Assembly: GCA_030324005.1 (NCBI GenBank)
Contig: JARDVH010000084.1
Span: forward strand, 61,754,617 to 61,818,616
DNA length: 64,000 nt
DNA from: Negaprion brevirostris
Taxonomy: Eukaryota
Direction: 5' to 3'
This document shows, in pieces, positions 24,040 through 37,540 of this stretch (its first letter is position 1; each line of letters opens with the position of its first letter). The notes below the pieces were generated by a model that was not told the DNA's origin, ran no database searches, and worked only from the letters and a program-made list of their open reading frames with translations. Both the position numbers and the translations under genes were made by a program.

Positions 24040-25320
24040 CCCTATGTTCATATGAAGATTACTTCTGAGTAGGATTAGAATTGCATAATGGAAACTCAGA
24101 AGTAAACTGAGAAGGTTGGAATTTACGATCACAACTATATTGCATCAATTAATTTTGACTTCCTAGTTTTGAGTTTCCACTTTGCTCAGCGGGCATTATG
24201 CAAACCAGCATGATGTGATTTTAGCTTTTTTTAAACGCAGTGCACACATGGAAATTGGAGGTGTTCAGAATGGATGATAGACATGGAGCAAAGATGCACC
24301 TGGATCTAATGATGTTAAGTTGGAATTACTGCTGGGTTGCAGTCAGGAGTAGGACAGGCATACATTCCCCCAACAAAGGAAGCAAGGAATCGGCTGGTCT
24401 CCTGACTGAGTGGTTGGAGAAGTGAGCTGCAGGATCCCAGTACCGAGTTCCTGCTGCTAGATAGGTTTGCTGATTTAACAACATTCTGTGCTCAAGCCCT
24501 GCCCTTCATCACTCTGTCTTGCTAAGCATTTTATATCACATCGATCTTCACACAAAGTCAACTTACAGCAGTACGCAGCCTTCACTTTCTGTGACCCTCA
24601 TCGACTCCCCATTTATCCATCCACTGTTGATACTCCATCGCATCCTTATGCATCGTGATACATGCATCTCATAGTGACCCTCGCCATTGCTTTATATCAG
24701 TCAGGTGAATATCTGACTTNNNNNNNNNNNNNNNNNNNNNNNNNNNNNNNNNNNNNNNNNNNNNNNNNNNNNNNNNNNNNNNNNNNNNNNNNNNNNNNNN
24801 NNNNNNNNNNNNNNNNNNNNNNNNNNNNNNNNNNNNNNNNNNNNNNNNNNNNNNNNNNNNNNNNNNNNNNNNNNNNNNNNNNNNNNNNNNNNNNNNNNNN
24901 NNNNNNNNNNNNNNNNNNNNNNNNNNNNNNNNNNNNNNNNNNNNNNNNNNNNNNNNNNNNNNNNNNNNNNNNNNNNNNNNNNNNNNNNNNNNNNNNNNNN
25001 NNNNNNNNNNNNNNNNNNNNNNNNNNNNNNNNNNNNNNNNNNNNNNNNNNNNNNNNNNNNNNNNNNNNNNNNNNNNNNNNNNNNNNNNNNNNNNNNNNNN
25101 NNNNNNNNNNNNNNNNNNNNNNNNNNNNNNNTTGGATTTCCACCTGACGATTCACAGCTCACAAATGAGTCCAAGCCAACACTGTGGCAGGGATCGTGGA
25201 GTCTGCATTGGGGAACTCTGACCTTTGCACAACTGGACGCAGATACTGAGATCCTGAGACTTGCATTGAGAAGAAGAATACTAGAGATGCATTCACAACT
25301 TTGTCAGGTACTGTTACAAC
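24040..25320 (+). mobile_element. Degenerate Harbinger-like DNA transposon fragment
   Basis: 24270-24470 resembles the Myb/SANT exon at 55190-55442; weak. Confidence 0.4.
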
Positions 25321-26399
25321 CTCAGCAGTGGGACTTGACTATCATTGATCAAATTCAGCCCAGAGTGTTTGCTCATTCGGGCTATTGTCAACGTGCGAAA
25401 TGTAATTAATTGCTGTCCTTGGCAAACTAATCATCCATGACCTGCCCTATGCATTTATGTACAGGGAACTGGGAGATCCTGACCAAGATGACGTTAATGA
25501 CCTGGAAAGATGTAGAGGTAAAATAGTTGGGGGAGGTGGTCACTTTTGAAGCCATTGGTACTAAGCAAAATCATGTTTTTGGAGGCTGCAGATGCCTGTG
25601 ATCACTTGGCTTCACAGCCTGAGCAAACAGAAGTATTGATCTTCTGAGAAGTCAAATAATCAGAGCTTCTGGCTGTTATAACTCCGGCAAAGGCACAGCT
25701 TTCTGCAAATCCTATCCCTCTCCTGTGAGCCTCCCTCCTGTGCATAACACTCCTATGTACCTTTCTTCTGTTCACATGCTAACTCTAGTATTGCATATTG
25801 TTACCATGGGTGGTGATGGTCCCCTTCCGATGTTCTGTCAAAGCACAACCATGGCATTTCCATAGAACCACAGCGCAGAAAGAGGCCATTTGTCCCACTA
25901 TGTCCATGTCAGCCTGATAACATTCAAGTGTCCTTTCTAATCTAACCTTTCTGCACCTTCTTAATTTGAGATCTTTAAAAATTGAAAGAAGCAATATCCA
26001 CACACAATCTCTGCTGGAGGTAACTGAAATACCAGCCACAATAAGGAAGATTTTAATCAGATCCAACAATGAGAATCTTTAATTCTCAGCTGAACTGCTA
26101 TTTAAACTTGTCTCTATTTCCCAAGCCCCGGGAAACCTGAACAGCTAAAGGTAAATTTGGAACTACGATTAAAGATAATTTAGAATTAGCTTATTAATGT
26201 CTGATAAGAATGTTAATTAAGCCAACAAGCACCAGCCCACATTTAATTGTTAAATCCCTGACTTGGTCCATTATGTTTCTCATTGCTATCCAAACACACC
26301 TTGGTTAAAGTCAGGCATACAGCTGTTCGAAACATCACACATCCTTACTTTGCACCCAATTTTAACCCACCTCTTTGCAGAGGGTCAAATTTTCCCCTG

Positions 26400-26526
26400 G
26401 GGCAGAATTTTACAGCACCTCCGCCCAAGGTTCATACGATTCCACCCGAGGCCAACGGAGAATGCAGTTCTCCGAGCCTCGTCCGCCCCCCGGAATTGGG
26501 GTAGGCGTGCCGATAAAATTCCAGCC
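26400..26526. mobile_element. ~125-bp MITE
   Basis: GGGCAGAATTTTA / TAAAATTCCAGCC TIRs. Confidence 0.8.
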
Positions 26527-26539
26527 TAAGTGTCTACAA

Positions 26540-28545
26540 TCGTAGAAAAACAAAGGAATCTGTAGGTACGCAAACATAATTCGCTAAAAGTAGCATCATA
26601 GATTTTAAAAAGCCATTAGAAAAATAAAGAAAGCNNNNNNNNNNNNNNNNNNNNNNNNNNNNNNNNNNNNNNNNNNNNNNNNNNNNNNNNNNNNNNNNNN
26701 NNNNNNNNNNNNNNNNNNNNNNNNNNNNNNNNNNAGAAAGCACGGGATTTATTTCTCAAGAAATTGAGGTATACATCATTGGAATTATGTTAAACTCGTA
26801 AAGAAACCTGGCTGGACCACACTTGAACATATAAAAAGGATATGGAGAAGGTGCAAAAAAGATTTACTGGGGTAATACAGAACTGAAAAGTCATGCCTAT
26901 CAGCAAAGAGAGGACAAAGAGGAGATCTTTAATATTATGAAAGGGTTTAATAGGCTATATCTAGAGAAGATCTTTTAAAAGCCAGTTGATTGGAGTTCAA
27001 GACCAGAATGTTCCTGTGAAAATGAAGGATAAGGATGGCAAGATTCGGGAACCTTGGATGACAAAAGAAATTATGAACTTAGTCAAAAAGAAAAAGGAGG
27101 CGAAGTAAGGTTTAGGAAACTGAAGGAAGACTGAGCCTTCGAAGAATATAAAGAAAGCAGGAAAGAATTTAAATGAAGAGTTAGAAGGGCTAGAAAGGAC
27201 GATGAAATATCATTAGCAAACAGGATTAAGGAAAATTCCAAAGAATTTTATACATATTAAAGAGCAAAAAGGTAGCCAGGGAAAGAGTAGGTCCATTCGA
27301 GGACAAAAGGGGGGATTTATGTGTGGAGCCAGAGGAAGTGGGTGAGGTCTTTAATAAATACTTTGCATCGTTATTCACAAAGGAGAAGAAAATGTTGAAT
27401 GGGGAGCTGAGAGAGAGTATGTTGATATTCTAGGGCAAGTCGATATAAAAAAGGAGATGGTTTTGGGTGTTTGTTAAGGTAGACAAGTCCCCAGGACCTG
27501 ATGGGATCTATCCCCGAATACTGAGAGAAGCAAGGGAGAAAATTTCTGGGGCCTTGTACAAAATCTTTGTATCCTTTTATCACAGGACTGGAGAATAGTC
27601 AATATTGTTCCTTTGTTTAAGGGCATCAGGAATAATCCAAGAAATTATAGGCAGGTGAGTCAGTGGCAGGAAAATTATTGGAGAAGATCATTAGGGGTAG
27701 GATTTACTGACATTTGGAAAAATATGGCTTATTAGAGATAGGCAGCATAACTTTGTGCAGGGGAGGTCATGTCTCACAAACACGACTGAGTTTTTTGAGG
27801 AAGTGACAAAGATGATTGATGAGGGCGGGTTGGTGGATGTTGTTTAGATGGAATTTAGCAAGGCCTTTGACAAGGACCCTTATGACAGGCTAAAAAAGAA
27901 GGCAAAGTCACATGGTATCCACGGTGAGCTGGTAAGATGGATACAGAACCGCCTTGGTCATAGAAGACAAAGTAGCAGTAGAAGGGTATTTTACTGACTG
28001 GAGATCTGTGATCAACGATGTTCTGCAGGGATCAGTGCCGGGACCCTGTTGATATATATCAATGATTTGGAGAGGAATGTAGATGGTCAGAATAGTAAGT
28101 TTAAGGTGAAAGAGCAAAAGGTTAAAGGAGATATGAGAAGCAAGTTTTTTTACACAGAATGATAAGTGCCTAGAATGTGCTGCCAGAGGAGGTGGTAGAA
28201 GCAGATACAATAGCAATGTTTACGAGGCATCCTGACAGGTACATGAATAAATAGCCAGGGAATAGAGGGATACAGACCGCGTCGAGGTAAAAGTCTAGTT
28301 TAGAAAAGCACATGCGTCGGCACAGTCTTGGTGGACCCAGGGGTCTGCTCCTGTGCTGCACTGTTCATTGTTCCTTGTTTTTCCACTTGTGGGAGAAACA
28401 AGACATGCTTTTAAAGAGCAGCTAGGTAAACGTATGAGGGACAAATGATCTGATGGATTGATGTGGTTAGATCAGAAAGACTGGGAGTATTAACACCAAC
28501 ACTGGCCTGTTGAGCCAAATGGCCAGTTTCTTTGCTGTAAAATCT
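26540..28545 (+). mobile_element. CR1 3' fragment split by a second CR1 (about 26985-28378)
   Basis: Outer copy rejoins as GAGAAGAT..|TTTCCACTTGTGGG; inner copy has DKSPGPDGIYPRILRE, GRSCLTN, FSKAFDK and a CR1 tail. Confidence 0.85.
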
Positions 28546-28779
28546 GTATTGCTTTGGTATACGTAAGCAAGAGGCAACTAAGATCCTGAATATTATCTAG
28601 CATATAATCAACTTGTAAATAAATTGACAGAAATAACTATCGCCTAAAACTATCTGTGGGTTAAAATTCTAATGTTTGTTCAACCAACAAGTTAAAATAA
28701 CAGATTAGCCAGCAATGTGAGAGGTAGCTCAATACCACTCAGACTAAAACAGCTCAATGCTGCTCACAAAGTTCCATAT

Positions 28780-29285
28780 TCACTGGCTGATGCTGAGATA
28801 GCTAGTCTGTGAGCAGTGTTAATGGTGTTGTAATTGTTATTGGTTCTCCTGAGGCAGGGAGTGAAAGATCAACCAGCTTTCCCAATTATGATTGTAATTC
28901 ACTTAGCCCTGTTGGAAACTATGCATCTGGGTGACACGTGCTGAGAACTGGATCAGGTTCAGATGTGATGATCCCCTTTTTTTTTAAGGTGTATCTTCAC
29001 AAACACTCTCCTCTTTGGGGGATAGTGGGGAAGTGGGGGAAGGATTCCTGAGCTGATTATCAACTGTTGACTCTTCCTGTGGCCAACAGGCCCTGGCATT
29101 GGATTTGAACCTGGATCTTCTAGTCCAGAGATAGGAACACCAGCACTGTGCCACAGGACCTCCTATCCATGACCCACATGGTATAATAGCATATTATTAC
29201 GCATGAAAGTTGCTCACATTGTCAAAGTACTGAATAGGTAGACAATTCCTGTTGAACTACAAGCTAACCCAAGTCAGTACTTCAA
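28780..29285 (+). repeat. Ancient SINE-like relic with a nested short repeat (about 28985-29165)
   Basis: Resembles an old shark tRNA-SINE from memory; highly diverged. Confidence 0.35.
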
Positions 29286-29629
29286 TCGTTCTTACCTGTG
29301 TAGAATGACTGAAAGTAAACAACAATACCTCATGCGTGCAGACAAGATTGGAACTTTCAATGTGCATCGCGCATTTTAGTTTCCTCTGACATTTGAGATC
29401 GTATACCTGTGCTGGTGAATAAAAACATTATGCCTGTGTGGCATGGCAAGGTCCAGAAGAAGCCAAAGCTTCCAGGGTGTGAAAAATTCAAGTTTATATT
29501 TTGTACCTTGGCCGTACATATTTAAAATTCATTGGCCAAAATGTATCCATTAGCCAAACCCAAGGAAATTACACAAGAAAGTAGGCATCATGTTTCCTTT
29601 TTTTAACCACTTAACCCAAGAAGAGATGA

Positions 29630-29790
29630 AAGAAAGACTTGCATTTCACAACAGTGACATTTTCTTGAAGTGTAGAAAATTCATATAGAAAATGCAGCAA
29701 CCATACTTGTGTCCAACAAGATCCCATACACAAACAGTAACATGGTAATGACAGGACTATCAGATTTTAGCAATGTTGAATCATAGAAAG
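29630..29790 (-). mobile_element. SacSINE1/DeuSINE-like 3' fragment
   Basis: AATGCAGCAACCA..ACAAGATCCCATACACAAACAGTAA..TAATGACAG. Confidence 0.6.
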
Positions 29791-29869
29791 AAACCACTGT
29801 GCTACCGTGCCACCCGTTGTTTGTGGGATATTGACGAGGACACACAGGGCAAATTTTTCTTTTCCTTTT

Positions 29870-30620
29870 CTCAGTGTTGGACCAGGCTGCATAGCTGACT
29901 CTTCTCGCCATGTTGTGCAGCACTTGAAGGAAATAAATCCTGGAGGTATATCCCACACTGGTGGAGGGGACGGGGGTGCCTGAAAAGGTTGGTAATGACA
30001 GGTTTCCAGAGATCAGGGTGCCCTATAAAAGAGTGCCCTGGTTGCCAGGGCACTCTTTTATAGAGCAACTTCCTCCCTTCCCCTAATATACATATGAAAC
30101 CCCACCCCACATTACACATACAACACCCCCCTCTCCGAAATGCACACAAAGAAGCCACCTCCAATACACAGGGAACATGGAACACCCATCCCATTCCCCA
30201 AGTACATGGGGAACTACCTCCCCTCATGTACACAAGGAACCACACCCCCATGCAGCACTCCAGAAGGGGAGTCCTACTACTGCCCCGTGGCATTGCCCCC
30301 TTGCACTGCCAATGCCACGGTACTCAAATATGTCCTTTCCGCGCCCCCCCCCCCCAGGTCTGTGCTTACTTGTGCATTCCTAACAAGTTCTCTTCACCTA
30401 GTTCCCAATTTAAAAACTTGCCATGAGCCTTGCCAATGGATCCCAGTGTGGGAGAATGATACAGCGGGGAAGACTTATGACCATATATTAATATATTTAA
30501 ATGAGGTTATGACCTTCCTGTGGGATACTTTGTTACATTGATGGCAGGGGGTCAATCACGTCCCCACATCTAGTTGGCAAGATTCTCGGTCCTGGCCTCT
30601 TGTGGAATTTTGCGCCCATA
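29870..30620. mobile_element. Degenerate MITE
   Basis: GC-rich interior shared with 5931-6847-type elements; end GCAAGATTC. Confidence 0.5.
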
Positions 30621-30786
30621 TCACTGGCATAAAATGCAAGAATAAGTGAGTTGTCAGAGGTTTAAATTTGTTAATGAAGCATTCCATCTTGTCACAGTAA
30701 AGCTCTCAGAATCAAATAAACACCTGCTGCCTTAAAGGAAAAGGCAGTGCTTGTTGCTTGTTGTGGAGAGGGCAATGTTCCCTATA

Positions 30787-31955
30787 TTTAATCTTTAACC
30801 ACTGCACACCAACCTCCCCACCACCACCACCCTCCCAACCCAGATTATCTCCCAACACTCAGAGTGCAATTATAGAGGCCCGTGTATCTGCCACAAGGTT
30901 TTTAAAATTGGCAGATATGTAGATCTGCACATTGTCTTCAACCACAAGGAACAGCCAGCAAATCTGACTAATGTCATGGAAGCAGGTCTCCACAGAGATT
31001 GTGATCAAATCAAATGAATAGTCACATTTCTAAAGTTTGGGCAGAGGTGCCCTTGTTTCCGAAAACCTAAATTCCCTGCTGGGATCAGACATGAGTAAAG
31101 CCAAACCAATATTTCACTCGCATGCTGAAAGCTAACCTCTATCTCAAGCTCTGTAAATTATGGATTTAAACTTTTATTCAGCTGAACTTAATTTAATCTG
31201 AATATAAATTACCCATAATTAGATATTAGCCGTGGCTCTGTTCCATCTCCGAGTCAGATGGTTGTCGATTCAAGTCCCGTTCTGAAGACGTAAGCACAAA
31301 ATCTAGATTGATAATCCAGTGCAGTACTGAGGAAGTGCCCTCAAAGTTAGAGGCAGAAGGTCCCAAGGCATTATTTCAAAGAAAAAGAGCAGGGAGTTCA
31401 ATACATCAAGGAGAAATAGTGCCTTGGGATCTCCTGCATCTACCTTACAGGGCAGTTCCTCAGTACTTGACAGGATTATCAATCTACATTTTTTTGCCCA
31501 TATCTCCAGAACAGGACTTGAAATCACAGCCTTCTGACTCAAGGGTGGAACTGAGCCACAGCTGACATCCAATTATGGGTAATTTATATTCAGATTAATT
31601 TAGGTTCAGCTGAATAAAAGTTAAATCCACAGTTTGCAGAACACGGGATGGAATTTAGTTTCCCGTATGCAAGTGAAATACTGATGTGGCTTCATTCATG
31701 TCTGATCCCAGCAGAGAATTTAGGTTTTAGGTAATTACAGAATGTTAGTCCATACTTTAGAAATGTAACCATTTTAATTTGTCACAATCTCTAGAAGGGC
31801 ATCTACATATTAGCCAGATTTATTTGTTATTTCTAATGGTTGAGGATAATCAGCAGATCTATCTCTCCTTTAAAAGTTTATCAGATATGTGCACCTAAAC
31901 AATAGCACTCCATGATCAGTGGGAGGGGGTGAGGGAGCAGCAGTTATAGATTAAA
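30787..31955. repeat. Long imperfect inverted repeat (foldback); arms about 30787-31377 and 31413-31955
   Basis: e.g. TCCCAAGGCATTATTTC / GAAATAGTGCCTTGGGA; 31161-31220 vs reverse complement of 31571-31629 = 57/60 by manual count. Confidence 0.92.
31229..31400 (+). mobile_element. SacSINE1/DeuSINE-like head with internal deletion (mirrored at 31413-31562)
   Basis: GAGTCAGATGGTTG..TTCAAGTCCC..GCACAAAATCTAG..CCAGTGCAGTACTGAGG..TCCCAAGGCATTATTTCAAAGAA..GAGCAGGGAGTTC. Confidence 0.7.
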
Positions 31956-34136
31956 GGCTGGATTTTCATTCCCAAGNNNNNNNNNNNNNNNNNNNNNNNN
32001 NNNNNNNNNNNNNNNNNNNNNNNNNNNNNNNNNNNNNNNNNNNNNNNNNNNNNNNNNNNNNNNNNNNNNNNNNNNNNNNNNNNNNNNNNNNNNNNNNNNN
32101 NNNNNNNNNNNNNNNNNNNNNNNNNNNNNNNNNNNNNNNNNNNNNNNNNNNNNNNNNNNNNNNNNNNNNNNNNNNNNNNNNNNNNNNNNNNNNNNNNNNN
32201 NNNNNNNNNNNNNNNNNNNNNNNNNNNNNNNNNNNNNNNNNNNNNNNNNNNNNNNNNNNNNNNNNNNNNNNNNNNNNNNNNNNNNNTAACCCATTCCCAT
32301 CCTTTGCCCTTACACCTTATTGGGTGAGGCCTAGTCACCCAATATCCGACATGAACAAGCTTCAGGAGTCACATTAAGATGAAATAATTTGTGTTCTATT
32401 TTGGCCTTTATTATATTAAAAACATCCCACTCACAAAAGCCCACTCAAAACATTTAACTCCCCTCAAGTATTCAATCCTTTATTTAAAAAAGTAAATAGA
32501 ATTCTATTCATAATTGCATACTAAAGACAGCCAATCCTTTAATAACCACTTTGAGCTATCAATCAAACCCTGAACTTAGGATCAGCTATTGAAATAATGA
32601 AAGGTTATTGAAAACAGCCAAGCATTAATAATCACATAATGATAGCCCTTGGGTAATGTCAAAAAAGAGCTATTGTAATTGTTGGAATAGATTTTTTCAA
32701 CTGTGACTTTTTTAATTTTCTTAAAGGGCTGGGGATTTTAATGAGTTCATAGTTCAACAATTCTACAATTCAACATTACAGATTTTAACCACCCTTCAAG
32801 AGTATTTACGATTGATCTAAAATGGGTTAATACCCATGGAATCTGTTTGAACTCGGCACTGAGTTCAAGTAACCCAGCTGTGTTCGGATATCCCTCATAT
32901 GCAAGTCAAGATCTGCCTCGTTCCCCTACTGGCAAAAATGAGATGTGTCAGAATTGGCAGGGAGGCCACCGGGTCCTGCCTGCTATTTTTAAAGTCCCAT
33001 GCACTCTCTATGACTTTGTGGAAATCCAGATTTTAAATATACAATGTGTGCCCCACTCTCCACCCATGAAGCCTACTGCCTTTGTAGTGATGGCAGATAT
33101 TAGAGATTCTGAGAGCTCTGTTGTGAAGAGATGTGACACTTCATGAACACATTTAAATTGTGTTCTCACAATTCGCTTGGGGACTGATTTAAAATTTAGG
33201 CTGCCGCATAGATTTCCCAGGGGTTTAGAAACTCTGAACTGAAAGGGAAGTTGAAGCATTTTCCACTGCTCTTTGTTGGCCATGAGTTCTCCCATTGTCT
33301 TTTAAGGAAGCCAATGTCTTCCCTTGCTACCATTTTCCCTATTAATTAGTACCAGTCTAGTTCAGATATACCTTAGGACATGTACTATTTTAGTCATATA
33401 CGTGCCATAGGCAATCCTGGATGGTGCAGCACAAAGGAAACTTTAGAGTCAGTTACAATCATTGTTCAATTATCCCAATCAATATTTTTCCTGGACTATT
33501 GAGCAGGTCAGTCTTTACCCTCACTCAACACAGGTAGCAGTCACCATAGCTCCACTTCCATTAGAATCAATGACAATCGTGATTTTCCTGCATTTAGGCC
33601 ATTTTTATAGCTTGCTGTCACATAGGTTGAATAATAGTGGCCAATATAGTTTGGCAGCAGTGATTTATTGCTCCAAGATTGGGTTTAAATCCCCAACTGT
33701 TAAAAATGCATTACTTTTGCAAAGATTAAACAAATAGGATCTTTGAGTATCCACTTTCTGCAGCTAGAATTTTCAATGGTAATGTTGTTACAACTTACGA
33801 CAAGTGCCAATTCAACCTGAGTTGTTTTCAGAATTGAAATGGCTTATTCACTCTTTCTCAGTATTCAACCTCACTAAGGCCATTAACTTAACAAACATAC
33901 ATTTTCTAATAATTCTTCATTTCCTTTTTAATCACTGTTGCTTGAGTAATTGATGTACATGCATCTCAAATAGATTTCAAGTGCAATTAATTGAAAGGAA
34001 AGTCAATGTGGCATTATGTGATCTTTAGTCTCAATCTAACACAGGATATTTCAATCAAAAAAATATGAGAATGGTTCATCGATGCCCCTGTTTACCATGA
34101 AAAGTTCTAAATTATTTTGTCCCTCAATTATTCTGC

Positions 34137-35230
34137 ATTAAAAGCATTTGATAAAGTGATACAAAACAGACCTGTGAGCAAAGTTAGAGCTCATAGCGCA
34201 AAAGGGACAGTAGCAACATGGATACAAAATTGGCTGAGTGACAGAAAACTATTGAATGTTTTTTTGGACTGGAGAAAGGTTTATAGTGGAGTTCCTCAGG
34301 GGCCAGTGTTGCTCTCTCTGAACCTTAATGGTTCAGCATACTGTACTGGGCACAGTTTCAAAATTTGCAGATGATACAACACTTGAAAACATTGTGAAGG
34401 AGGAAAGTGTAGAACTTAAAAAGTGCAGATTATTGGAAAGAGCAGACGAGTGGCAGATGCAGTGTAATGCAGAGCAGGATAAGTGATTCATTTTTGCAAG
34501 AGGAACACAGAGAGAATATAAGATAAAGCGCACAATTCTAAATAGGCTGCTGGAGCAAACATGGGTGCATATTTACATAAATCATTAAAGTGGCAGAACA
34601 GGTTGAGAGCACAGTCAGTGAAGCAGACTTCATCCTCAGCTTTCTTAATAGGCGCATAGAGCACAAAAGCAATGAACTTACGTTACACATTGCATAGAAC
34701 ACTGGTTCAGCCTCAACTGGAGTACTCCAGTTCCAGATGGCATGCTTTAGGACGGATGTGGAGGCATCCAAGAAGAAAAGTTTCTCATGAATGGTCCCAG
34801 AGATGAGAAACTTCAGTTACATGTATAGACTGGGGAAGTTGGGATTGTTTTCCTTGGAGAACAGAACGTTGAGAGGAAATCTGATAGAGATATTCAAAAT
34901 CATGATCGGCCTGAACAGCCTAGCTAGGGAGAAACTGTTCCCATTCATGAAAGGATCAAGAATGAAAGGGCACACATTTAACTGGTAAAAGAAGCAATGG
35001 CCACATGGAGAAAAAGTTCATTACACAGTGAGTGGTTGGGACCTGGAATGAGAGTGTGGTTGAGGCAAATTCAATCAAGGCATTCCAGGGAGATTATTAT
35101 CTGAAAAGGAAGAATGTGAAAGGTTATGGGGAGAACACAGGGAAAAAGCAAATGATTAATTGTTCCTTCTGAGAACAGGCACAGACATGAGGGACTGAAT
35201 AGCCTCCTTCCAAGCAGTTACCATTCTGTG
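34137..35230 (+). mobile_element. CR1 LINE RT and 3' end
   Basis: KAFDKV..WIQNWLSDRK..SGVPQGPVL; RLGKLGLFSLENRTLRGNLIEIFKIM. Confidence 0.88.
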
Positions 35231-35689
35231 GCTTGGAGTAACCTGTGAAAACACTATAGCTTAAAATAATTACAGATAAAAGCTTATTGGAGAAGCGATG
35301 CTTCTGTTCACAGAAAGCCTCCCGTGGCTACACATGTTAATTTGTCATCACTTCAGCTCTTCATTCTTACTGAGTGCTTGATTCATTGATTTGCTCACTG
35401 AAGCACAATTTAATTAGAAAATCAGCAGAATTTGGAGCAAGTAAGCAATGGTGAGACTGGCAGTCTAGATAAAAATAGTTATTGTATACGTAATCAATGT
35501 TGAAGCATCAGGAAAGTCTGGGATTAGTGTTTTTCCCCAACCCCAATGCCAAGCCAGCCTTCAGCCTGTGGTGGGAAGAGGAAGGAGAGAACTAGACAAG
35601 AATAGGCTCAGGCCAGCAGTGACCTGCGATACTGGTATGGAGCCCAAGGTCTGCACTCTTACTTCTTCAGGTTCCATACTTTATATTCA

Positions 35690-36735
35690 TTCATCAAATG
35701 CAGATAAGGCCAGCATTTACTACCCTTCGCTGATTGTCCATGAGAAGGTTGCATTGAACTAACTTCCTACATCTGCACTCTGTGTAGTTTAGACATACCC
35801 ATGGTGCTTGTAGACAAGGACTTTAATGCCCAGTTACCAAGAGTAGGCTAGCAATACCACTGCTGACTGAGTCCTGAAAAATATAACTGCCAGATTGGGT
35901 TTGTGACAGGTAGTGAGTGAACCAACATGGGAGTAGCACCTACTTGATCTTGTCCTCATCAATCAACCTAAATCAGAAAAAGGCATAGATTTAAAGTAAT
36001 TGACAAAAGAAGCAAATGAGAACCCAATGAGTGGGTAAGGTCTGGAATGCATTGCATGAGGGTGTGCGGAAATCAGTTCAATCGAAGCATTTAAAAGGGA
36101 ATTAGATTGACAGCTGAAAAGGAAGAATATATAGGGTTGCAGGGAGAAGGCGGGTGAATGGCCTAAGTGGATTGCTCGTTTGGGGAGCTGATGCAGACAC
36201 GCGCGGCCGAATAGTCTCCTTCAAAGCTGTAAAAATTCTGTGATTCTGTGAATCAGTAGAAGGTTTTCTTGCCCATGCTTGAACTGAGGCTATGAGCCTT
36301 CATAAGGTCTGAAGTCAATGTTGAGGATTACGCCCTCCCCACTATAGACCACTGTGTTGCTGTCTCAGGTGGGTTTTTCCTGGCAGTGGGCCATGGCATA
36401 CCCAAAGGATGGTGAAGGGGAATTGTGGAACATCATTGGCAAGATATGATTTAGTGAACATAGTTAAATCAGGATGTTGCTTAGTTAGTCTGTGGGTAGC
36501 TCTCCCAATTTTGGCCAAGTCCCCAGGTGTTAATGAGGGAGACATTGTTGTGTTTGACTCCACTGTTGAAAGTCAATGTCTCATGGTCAGTCTGGTTTTC
36601 TTTTAACTTCAGATTTATTTAATTAATTGAATTTAAATTTCCCAACACAAAGTGTTGTAATCAATATTCATGTCTCTATTATTAATTCTGGCCCCATTAT
36701 TATTAATCCAGTAGTCTAGCCACCATGCTACTGTA
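35690..36735. mobile_element. Mosaic of old LINE fragments with a nested CR1 tail (35975-36250)
   Basis: CR1 tail ending ATTCTGTGATTCTGTGA; LDLVLIN endonuclease motif near 35943. Confidence 0.55.
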
Positions 36736-36984
36736 CCTTTCAACTGTACTGAACATCAAGANNNNNAAATAAAAATTAAACTTTCAGCTGGGAGCCCATT
36801 CCCTCCAGAGGTACCTTTCAAGGCCATTATTTAAGCTGCTTGTAGGCATGGAGAATGCAGCAAAATTTGAGGGAGATCTTGCACAATAGGGTCGATTCCT
36901 GTTTCAGGCAGTTACTCTGGACACTTGGAAGGCACCAGCTGAACAGAAATGGGGAATTAGTGACATCCCCCAGAATTTGATATG

Positions 36985-37328
36985 TCAGCACCAGGGACCT
37001 GGGTTCAATTCCAGCCTTGGGTGTCTGTCTGTGTGGAGTTTGTTCGTTCTCTGTGTGGAGAGTATGTTCTCCCCATGTCTGCATGGGTTTGCTCTGGGTG
37101 CTCTGGTTTCCTCCCACGCTCCAAAGATGTGCAGGTTAGGTGGATTGGCCATGTGAAATTACCCCTTAGTGTCCAAAGATGTGTAGGTTAAGTGGATTAA
37201 CCGTGGTAAATATGCGGGGTAATGGGAATATGGTGGGTGTTGGGCGTGAGTGAGATACTCTGTCTGAACGTCAGTGCAAACTCGATGGACCAAATAGCTT
37301 CATTTTGCACTGGAAGGATTCTATGATT
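36985..37328 (+). mobile_element. HE1 V-SINE
   Basis: GGGACCTGGGTTCAATTCC B-box, V-domain, tail GGATTCTATGATT. Confidence 0.9.
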
Positions 37329-37379
37329 ACAACTCTAATTTCTTTTGCCTCAAAGATCAATCCAATCAGTATAAATATC

Positions 37380-37540
37380 CTTCCAAATTCTTAAAAAGGA
37401 CCACAAGCAAGAACAAGGCAACACCAGTTAGTCAGTTTTTTTTAAGCAGTCTTGATTGAGGGAAGAATGTTGGCCAATACACCCTGCTGTTCTTCAAGTA
37501 ACATATCGAATTTTAATGCCAATCTGAATTCCCACAGACA
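37380..37540 (-). mobile_element. SacSINE1/DeuSINE-like fragment
   Basis: TTGATTGAGGGAAGAATGTTGGCCA..CCCTGCTGTTCTTCAA. Confidence 0.55.

Noticed and set aside
28756-28820. Short hairpin TGCTCACA / TGTGAGCA
   Set aside because: Short stem overlapping a decayed SINE-like relic; compatible with chance
29297-29309. Possible 13-nt minus-strand microexon (TTTCAG|TCATTCTACACAG|GTAAG)
   Set aside because: Not frame-preserving and no neighbouring exons identified
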